Shown here: one piece after another, positions 17,633 to 24,401 of the stretch
Layout of the letters: each line of letters starts with the position of its first letter
How positions within the stretch are numbered: the stretch's first letter is position 1
NCBI GenBank assembly: GCA_964551225.1
Contig: CAZKBF010000011.1
Coordinates: 10,591 to 74,590, forward strand
From: an uncultured Ruminococcus sp.
Lineage (GTDB): Bacteria; Bacillota; Clostridia; Oscillospirales; Ruminococcaceae
Direction of reading: 5' to 3'
DNA length: 64,000 nucleotides
Translations under genes and position numbers: made by a program
The notes under the pieces: generated by a model
The model's input: the letters and a program-made list of their open reading frames with translations, nothing else
What the model was told of the DNA's origin: nothing
Databases searched by the model: none

Positions 17633-18526
17633 ATGAACAATTCGTTTGAATTTAACGGAATAATCACAAAAGCGGTCGGGGGCGTCTACTATGCGGACGC
17701 CCTCGACGGCGATTTAAAAGGCGAAAATGTGAAGTGCGCGGCGCGCGGGATTTTTCGCAACAAGAAAATCAGTCCAGCGGCGGGCGACAGGGTGCGAATT
17801 TGTGTTTCGGAGAACGCCGAGCCGGTTATCGAGGAAATTTTCGAGAGGAAGAATTTTCTGCCGAGACCGCCGCTTGCAAATCTTGACCGAATTGTGTTCG
17901 TGAACAGCACAGCCGAGCCGAAAATCAACCGATTTGTGTTGGACAAGCTGATTGCGATTGCGGACGGAAACGGCATCGAACCGATTGTTGTGTTCACGAA
18001 AATCGACCTTGACGGTGCGGGGGATTTGCCCGAGGTGTACGAGAAAATCGGGATACCTGTGTGCGTTGTGAACAACCTCACGGGCGAGGGCGCGGAGCAA
18101 GTGCGGGAGTTGATTGAGGGGAGATTTTGCGCGTTCGCGGGAAACTCGGGCGTCGGGAAATCCAGCCTTCTGAACGTGCTTTATCCGGAGCTTGCGCTGA
18201 AAACCTCAGAAATCAGCAAAAAACTCGGTCGCGGTCGGCACACGACGCGGCAAGTCGAGCTGTTCAAAATCGGCGATAATTACGTTGCGGACACGCCGGG
18301 CTTTTCTGCGGTCGAGGTTGAGAATTACTGCGAAATCCCGCGCGATGAGCTGGATTTGGCGTTTCGGGAGTTTCGGGAATTCCGGTGTGAATGTCGATTT
18401 TCAAACTGTCGGCACGTCAAGGAAACGGGCTGCGCCGTGAAACAGGCAGTCGAGGACGGAAAAATCGCGCAAAGCCGCTACAACAGCTATTTGAGGCTGC
18501 TCGAGGAGCGGAAACCGGAGTATTGA
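17633..18526 (+). CDS. rsgA: Ribosome small-subunit-dependent GTPase A
   Basis: TKID, GNSGVGKSS, HTTR, DTPGF, CRFSNCRH..C zinc finger. Confidence 0.95.
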   Translation: MNNSFEFNGIITKAVGGVYYADALDGDLKGENVKCAARGIFRNKKISPAAGDRVRICVSENAEPVIEEIFERKNFLPRPPLANLDRIVFVNSTAEPKINRFVLDKLIAIADGNGIEPIVVFTKIDLDGAGDLPEVYEKIGIPVCVVNNLTGEGAEQVRELIEGRFCAFAGNSGVGKSSLLNVLYPELALKTSEISKKLGRGRHTTRQVELFKIGDNYVADTPGFSAVEVENYCEIPRDELDLAFREFREFRCECRFSNCRHVKETGCAVKQAVEDGKIAQSRYNSYLRLLEERKPEY

Positions 18527-18838
18527 GTAATTATTGCGTTTGCTATTATTAAATCGTCGCGCAACTTTAGTGAATTAAAGTGCAGCGAAAACAGTATTTT
18601 TCAGCAAAATTCATTCGATTTTGGGATGCATTTTACCGATTTATCTAGCTAAATTGCTAGCGAAAAAGGCGATTTTGCTGTGAATTTAGGCTGTTTTTGG
18701 GCAAAGTTTATCGATTTACAGTTCTAAAATGAAGCCAAAAATCGGTGATTTTTCATCAAAATTAAGCTGATTTTTGGGAAAATTTTGTGGCTTTAAATTA
18801 CTGAAATTTCGCAGCCTTTTGAGGTAAAATGGAATAAA

Positions 18839-19456
18839 ATGGGACAAATTTGTACGATAATCTGCGGCGCTCCTTGCGAAAAATTCCCGCGCGAGCTTTG
18901 CGAGGGCTTTGTTATTGCGGCGGATAAGGGGCTGGATTACGCGCTGGCGGCGGGGATTTTGCCCGATTTGGCGGTCGGTGATTTTGACAGCGCGGAGAAA
19001 GCCGTGCCGAGCGGGGTTGAGGTGATAAAATTCCCGCCTGAAAAGGACGATTCAGACGCGCTGATTGCCGCAAAAATCGCTTTGGAACGCGGTTTTGACG
19101 AGCTTCGGTTTTTGTGCGCGCTCGGCGGACGCCTTGACCACACCTTCGCAAATCTTCAAATGCTTTACAACCTGAAAAAGCGCGGCGTTTCCGCGGAGCT
19201 TTTCGGTGACCGTGAGAAGGCTTTTTTTCTCGAAAACGAGACTCGCGAAATCCCGAAATTTTCGGGCTATCTTTCGGTTTTCGCTTGGGAAAATTCGGCG
19301 GTGATAAGCGAAATCGGCGTGAAATACCCGACCGAAAAGCTGCGGTTTACCAACGATTTCCCGCTAGGTGTGAGCAACGAGATTGTTGAAAATTTCGCGA
19401 AAATCACGGTGCACAGCGGCGCGGCGCTGGTTCTACAGGTGACGGAGAAACGGTGA
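18839..19456 (+). CDS. thiN: Thiamine diphosphokinase
   Basis: IAADKG, VGDFDS, PEKDDSD, LGGRLDH, LGVSNE. Confidence 0.93.
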   Translation: MGQICTIICGAPCEKFPRELCEGFVIAADKGLDYALAAGILPDLAVGDFDSAEKAVPSGVEVIKFPPEKDDSDALIAAKIALERGFDELRFLCALGGRLDHTFANLQMLYNLKKRGVSAELFGDREKAFFLENETREIPKFSGYLSVFAWENSAVISEIGVKYPTEKLRFTNDFPLGVSNEIVENFAKITVHSGAALVLQVTEKR

Positions 19457-19882
19457 ATTTGCGTGAGATACCTGACCGAAAAGCTGCGGTTTAGCAACGA
19501 TTTCCCGCTGGGTGTGAGCAACGAAATTGTCACAAAATCAGCGAAAATTACGTTGCACAGCGGAGCGGCGCTGGTTCTACAGGTGACGGAGAGACGGTGA
19601 ATTTGCGCAAAACACTCGACCGAAAAGCTGCGGTTTACCAACGATTTCCCACTCGGTGTGAGCAATGAAATTATCGCAAAAACCGCGATTGTTACGGAGA
19701 ACAGCGGAGCGGCGCTGGTTCTACAGGTGACGGAGAAACGGTGAATTTGCGCGAAGTACCTGACCGAAAAGCTGCGGTTTACCAACGATTTCCCGCTGGG
19801 TGTGAGCAACGAAATTGTCGCAAAATCAGCGAAAATTACGTTGCACAGCGGAGCGGCGCTGGTTTTGCTCGTTAGAGAATAG
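19317..19882 (+). repeat. Four tandem 144-bp copies of the thiN 3' end
   Basis: GACCGAAAAGCTGCGG recurs at 19330, 19474, 19618, 19762; in-frame stops at 19454, 19598, 19742 (TGA) and 19880 (TAG). Confidence 0.95.
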
Positions 19883-19979
19883 CGAAAAACGCTGTCAATC
19901 AGTGCGAGCAGCGAGATGGTTAAGACGCGATTGTAACGGTGCACGGCGCCGATTTTTATGGTGAAAGAGGAGAAAAAAT

Positions 19980-21110
19980 ATGGCAAAAAAACTTGGTTTC
20001 GGGCTTATGCGCTTGCCGCTCAACAACCCGAATGACGACAGCGATATCGATATCGAAACGCTCAAGAAAATGGTTGACGCGTTCATCGAAAACGGCTTCA
20101 CCTATTTCGACACCGCGCTGATGTACTGCGCGGGCAAGAGCGAGGAGGCGGTCAAAACCGCGCTCACGTCGCGTTATCCGCGAGACGCTTACACCCTCGC
20201 CACAAAGCTCCACGCGGGCTTTTTCAACACGCTCGAGGAGCGCGACAAGGTGTTCAACGGGCAGCTCGAAAAAACCGGCGTAGAGTTCTTCGACTACTAT
20301 CTTATCCACGATGTCGGCGTTGACCACTACAAAAAGTATACCGAGCTCGATTGCTTTAACTGGCTGATTGAGAAGAAAAAAGCAGGTCTTGTAAAAAATA
20401 TCGGCTTCTCGTTCCACGACAGCGCCGAGTTTCTCGACAAGGTTCTCACGGAGCACCCCGAAATGGATTTTGTACAGCTCCAGATAAACTACCTCGATTG
20501 GGACAGCGCGGGCGTTCAGTCGCGCAAATGCCACGAGGTTGCCGTTAAGCACGGGAAAAAGATTATCGTGATGGAACCCGTCAAGGGCGGAACTCTCGCG
20601 AATGTTCCCGAGGAAGCCGAAAAGCTCCTCAAGAACTACAACCCGAGCGCTTCCGTGCCGTCTTGGGCAATCCGCTTTGCAGCAAGCTGCGAGAACGTTT
20701 TTATGGTGCTTTCGGGTATGAGCAACCTCGAACAGCTCGCCGACAATATGAGCTATATGCGCGATTTTGTCCCGATGAACGACACCGAGCGCGAGCTTTG
20801 CAAAAAGGCTGCCGCGATTATCAACAGCAACATCGCAATTCCTTGCACGGGCTGTTCTTACTGCACCGAGGGCTGCCCGATGAACATCGCTATTCCCAAG
20901 TATTTTTCGCTTTACAACATCGATTTGCTCGACAGCAAGGGCAAGGATTGGACACCGCAGGGCGAGTATTACGACCGACTTTCCGAGATTTTCGGTAAGG
21001 CGAGCGACTGCATCGGCTGCGGTCAGTGCGAGAGCGTTTGCCCGCAGCATTTGCCGATTATCGAGCACCTGAAAACCGTTGCCGATTATTTTGAGAACGG
21101 GCAGCGCTGA
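19980..21110 (+). CDS. Aldo/keto reductase with C-terminal 4Fe-4S dicluster domain
   Basis: LGFGLMRLP, YFDTA, GFSFH, MEPVKGG; CTGCSYC and CIGCGQCESVCP. Confidence 0.92.
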   Translation: MAKKLGFGLMRLPLNNPNDDSDIDIETLKKMVDAFIENGFTYFDTALMYCAGKSEEAVKTALTSRYPRDAYTLATKLHAGFFNTLEERDKVFNGQLEKTGVEFFDYYLIHDVGVDHYKKYTELDCFNWLIEKKKAGLVKNIGFSFHDSAEFLDKVLTEHPEMDFVQLQINYLDWDSAGVQSRKCHEVAVKHGKKIIVMEPVKGGTLANVPEEAEKLLKNYNPSASVPSWAIRFAASCENVFMVLSGMSNLEQLADNMSYMRDFVPMNDTERELCKKAAAIINSNIAIPCTGCSYCTEGCPMNIAIPKYFSLYNIDLLDSKGKDWTPQGEYYDRLSEIFGKASDCIGCGQCESVCPQHLPIIEHLKTVADYFENGQR

Positions 21111-21913
21111 TTGCTTTTCGGTAAGGTGAGCGGCTGCCCGATAAATCGTAAATTAGAGGAGGATTTGATATGGCTTTTGATTTTAAAAAAGAGTACAAAG
21201 AGTATTATATGCCAAAGAATACACCTGAAATTGTAACTGTACCAAAGGCAAATTACATCGCCGTCAAAGGAAAAGGAAACCCCAACGAAGAAGGTGGAGC
21301 ATATCAGCAAGCGGTCAGTGTTTTGTATGCAGTAGCTTATACCCTGAAAATGAGTTATAAGACAGATTACAAAATCGAGGGATTCTTCGAGTATGTTGTA
21401 CCACCTCTTGAGGGATTTTGGTGGCAGGATAATGTTGATGGAGTGGATTACAGCGATAAATCTACTTTTAACTGGATTTCTGTCATTCGTTTGCCTGATT
21501 TTGTTTCCAAAAAAGATTTTGATTGGGCAGTAGCAATGGCTGCTGAAAAGAAAAAGATTGACTGTTCATCAGCAGAGTTTTTAACCGTTGATGAAGGCTT
21601 GTGTGTTCAGATTATGCACTATGGTCCATTTGATGATGAGCCTGCAACTGTTGCTTTAATGGACGAATATTTGGAAGCCAATGGGTATGTAAATGATATT
21701 ACCGACAAACGATTACACCACGAAATATATTTGTCCGATGCAAGAAAAGTTGCTCCTGAAAAATGGAAAACAGTCATTAGACACCCCATAAGGAAATTGT
21801 AAAATTCCCATTTGTCGACCAGATTGCTGATAGAACGAACGACCGTAGTTCGTGGAGTGAGTTCGGCATTTGCCGATTATCGAGCACCTGAAAACCGTTG
21901 CCGAGTATTTTGA
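21047..21913. mobile_element. ~820-bp inserted cassette bounded by 48-bp direct repeats
   Basis: GCATTTGCCGATTATCGAGCACCTGAAAACCGTTGCCGA(T/G)TATTTTGA at 21047-21094 and 21866-21913 (47/48 identical); AT-rich interior. Confidence 0.75.
21170..21802 (+). CDS. GyrI-like small-molecule-binding domain protein
   Basis: YIAVKGKGNPN, VVPPLEGFWW, CVQIMHYGPFDDEP, HHEIYLSD; strong RBS GAGGAGG. Confidence 0.88.
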   Translation: MAFDFKKEYKEYYMPKNTPEIVTVPKANYIAVKGKGNPNEEGGAYQQAVSVLYAVAYTLKMSYKTDYKIEGFFEYVVPPLEGFWWQDNVDGVDYSDKSTFNWISVIRLPDFVSKKDFDWAVAMAAEKKKIDCSSAEFLTVDEGLCVQIMHYGPFDDEPATVALMDEYLEANGYVNDITDKRLHHEIYLSDARKVAPEKWKTVIRHPIRKL

Positions 21914-21924
21914 AAGGAACTAAA

Positions 21925-22440
21925 ATGATTGCCGATACCGAGAGACTTATTCTGCGCCGTTACACCGAGCGCGATTTTGATGATTTGTTTGAGTATTTGT
22001 CCGACGCGGAGGTTGTGAAATTCGAGCCGTACAAGGCTATGACCGCAGAGGAAACGCGCGAAAACCTCAAGTGGCGTATCGAAACCGACGAGATGATTGC
22101 CGTGGAGCTGAAGGAAAACCACAAAATGATTGGCAACATTTACTTCGGGAAGCGCGACTTTAATTCCCGCGAAATCGGGTTTGTCTTTAACCGAAATTTC
22201 TGGGGGAAGGGTTACGCAAAAGAAAGCTGTCGTGCGATAATCGAGCTCGCTTTTCAGAGCGGTGTTCATAGGATTTTTGCCGAGTGTGACCCCGAGAACC
22301 AAAATTCTTGGCGGCTTCTCGAGAGCCTCGGCTTTGAACGAGAGGCGCACCTCAAGCAAAATGTCTACTTTTGGACGGACGAACAGGGCAATCCCTTGTG
22401 GAAGGACACCTACATTTATTCAATGCTGAACAAGCGATAA
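21925..22440 (+). CDS. GNAT acetyltransferase, RimJ/RimL family
   Basis: TERLILRRY, EIGFVFNRNFWGKGYAKE, ENQNSWRLLESLGF. Confidence 0.9.
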   Translation: MIADTERLILRRYTERDFDDLFEYLSDAEVVKFEPYKAMTAEETRENLKWRIETDEMIAVELKENHKMIGNIYFGKRDFNSREIGFVFNRNFWGKGYAKESCRAIIELAFQSGVHRIFAECDPENQNSWRLLESLGFEREAHLKQNVYFWTDEQGNPLWKDTYIYSMLNKR

Positions 22441-22458
22441 ACCGCATTATAAAGCCAA

Positions 22459-22485
22459 AAATCCCCGTGAAGCTCACGGGGATTT
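22459..22485. terminator. Bidirectional terminator between convergent genes
   Basis: AAATCCCCGTGA-AGC-TCACGGGGATTT perfect stem. Confidence 0.8.
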
Positions 22486-22486
22486 G

Positions 22487-23521
22487 TTATGTCATACTTT
22501 GGTAAAGCTCTTCGAGCTGCGGGCGGCATTCAAGGAAGATTTTTCCGAGCTGCGGGTCAAAGTGCGTGCCGAATGAGTTTTCGATAATCTCGAACGCTTC
22601 GTTATAGGGGAACGCCTCCTTGTAGCAGCGCTTTGAAATCAGCGCGTCGAAAACGTCCGCGAGTGCCATAATTCTCGCCTCAAGCGGTATCTTCTCGCCC
22701 GAAAGTCCCTCGGGATAGCCCGAGCCGTCCCACTTTTCGTGGTGATAATGCGCGACGTTTGTGGCAATTTCCACGAACTCCTCTTCCTCGATTCCCTCGA
22801 GAATTTGCTTCACAATCCGCGCGCCCTCGGCGGAGTGCTTTTTCATCTCGGTGTACTCCTCGGGCGTGAATTTCGCTTGCTTGCGGAGTATCACGTCGTC
22901 AACCGCGATTTTCCCCAAATCGTGCATCGGCGCGGCGCGGATTACCTTCTCCAAAAACGATTTCGACAGATTCGGAATTTCGCGCGAGAGTCTCGCCGCA
23001 AATATCTCGACAACCATACTTGTCCGCTTGATGTGACCGCCCGTTGACAAATCGCGGCTCTCGACCATCGACGCCATTCCCATTATCATCATTTCCTGAA
23101 TGTGCTTGATGTGGCGGGTGCGCTCCTCGAGCTGTCCCGCGAGGTCCTTGCGCAGCGCCTCAAGCTCGAGCAGACGGCTTATTCTCGACAACATCACGTT
23201 CAACACAAACGGCTTTGTGATAAAATCCATCGCGCCCTTTTCGAGGCAGCGGCTTTCGGTTTGCGGGTCGTTGTCGGCGGTGAGGAAAATTATCGGGATA
23301 TCTGCGCGTTCCGGGTTAGCTTTTATCCGTTCCATTACCTCAAATCCGTCCATTTCGGGCATATTTATGTCAAGCAAAATCAGGTCGCAGACGTTGCTTT
23401 TGAGGAACTTCAGCGCCTGTTCGCCCGATGTAACCGCGGTGATTTTGTACGCGTCCGAAAGAGCGTTTTTCGCGGCGGACAAATTTGTTTTATCGTCATC
23501 GACGATGAGTAAATGATACAT
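22487..23521 (-). CDS. Response regulator with HD-GYP phosphodiesterase domain (RpfG-like)
   Basis: REC (IVDDD, LLDINMP, KPF) plus HDLGK and HHEKWDGSGYP. Confidence 0.93.
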   Translation of the reverse strand: MYHLLIVDDDKTNLSAAKNALSDAYKITAVTSGEQALKFLKSNVCDLILLDINMPEMDGFEVMERIKANPERADIPIIFLTADNDPQTESRCLEKGAMDFITKPFVLNVMLSRISRLLELEALRKDLAGQLEERTRHIKHIQEMMIMGMASMVESRDLSTGGHIKRTSMVVEIFAARLSREIPNLSKSFLEKVIRAAPMHDLGKIAVDDVILRKQAKFTPEEYTEMKKHSAEGARIVKQILEGIEEEEFVEIATNVAHYHHEKWDGSGYPEGLSGEKIPLEARIMALADVFDALISKRCYKEAFPYNEAFEIIENSFGTHFDPQLGKIFLECRPQLEELYQSMT

Positions 23522-23536
23522 AAAATCCCTTTCGTT

Positions 23537-24400
23537 CTACTTCTCTATAAAAAGAACTCCGAAGGTATTCGGACCGCAGTTGCTCGAAACGGTCGCCGAA
23601 GCCTTTGTCACAATCAAGTTTTCAAATTCACAAATCCGCGAAACCTCGCTTTTTATCCACTCAATCATCTTCGTGTTACAGCCTGCCTGCGTGATGAAAG
23701 CCGTGTTTTTATCAATCAACTTTGCGCGTGACAGCGTCTTTTTGATGTAGCGTCGGCACGCTTTTCTGTAGTCGCCGCGCGTCACCGATTTCAGCGTGAG
23801 CTCGCCGTTTTTCATTGCCAAAATCGGGTGAATGTTAAACGCCGAGCAGATTTTTTTCACCTTCTCGGAAACCTTGCCGTTCATATACAAATAGTCCACG
23901 CTTTCGGCGATAAAACTCGTTGAAACCTTGCTTTTAAGCGCTTCGAGAGCTGCCAGAATTTCGTTCGCCGTTTTACCTTTTTCAGCCATTTCAGCCGCTT
24001 TTACCACGAAATGCCCAAGCCCCGACGACAAATGCCCCGAATCAAAAACGTGAACGCGTTTGCCTTTTTCTCCAAGCTGTTCAACGGCTTTGTTCGCATT
24101 TTCGCAGGACATACTAACGCCGCTGCTGATTGCCACTAAAATTACCTCGTCAAATTCCTCGAGTTTTTCCTCGAAAAATTCCTTATAAGCCTCGGGTTTG
24201 GGCACGGAGGAAATAGCTTTCTTGCCGCCGGACTGCATATATGAAATTATGTTCTCGGAGGTGATTTCTTTGGTGTCTAAAAACACGCCGCGGTCGGTCT
24301 CAATCGTAAAGTACACGACATCGACATTGTGCGCCTTGAGCCAATCCGCCGGCAAATCACATACGCACTCCGCGATGATTTTCACCTTCTGTTCAGCCAT
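23537..24400 (-). CDS. DegV family fatty-acid-binding protein
   Basis: IIAECVCDLP, ISSGVSMS, VFDSGHLSSG, NIHPIL, SNCGPNTFGV; fold-typical but diverged motifs. Confidence 0.85.
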   Translation of the reverse strand: MAEQKVKIIAECVCDLPADWLKAHNVDVVYFTIETDRGVFLDTKEITSENIISYMQSGGKKAISSVPKPEAYKEFFEEKLEEFDEVILVAISSGVSMSCENANKAVEQLGEKGKRVHVFDSGHLSSGLGHFVVKAAEMAEKGKTANEILAALEALKSKVSTSFIAESVDYLYMNGKVSEKVKKICSAFNIHPILAMKNGELTLKSVTRGDYRKACRRYIKKTLSRAKLIDKNTAFITQAGCNTKMIEWIKSEVSRICEFENLIVTKASATVSSNCGPNTFGVLFIEK

Positions 24401-24401
24401 T

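Noticed and set aside
19317-19882. CRISPR array or diversity-generating retroelement interpretation of the 144-bp repeats
   Set aside because: Whole units are homologous with no unique spacers, there are no cas or reverse transcriptase genes in the window, and differences are not confined to adenines
19267-19986. 239-aa antisense ORF across the thiN repeats
   Set aside because: Shadow frame kept open because the repeat period is a multiple of three; no recognisable protein
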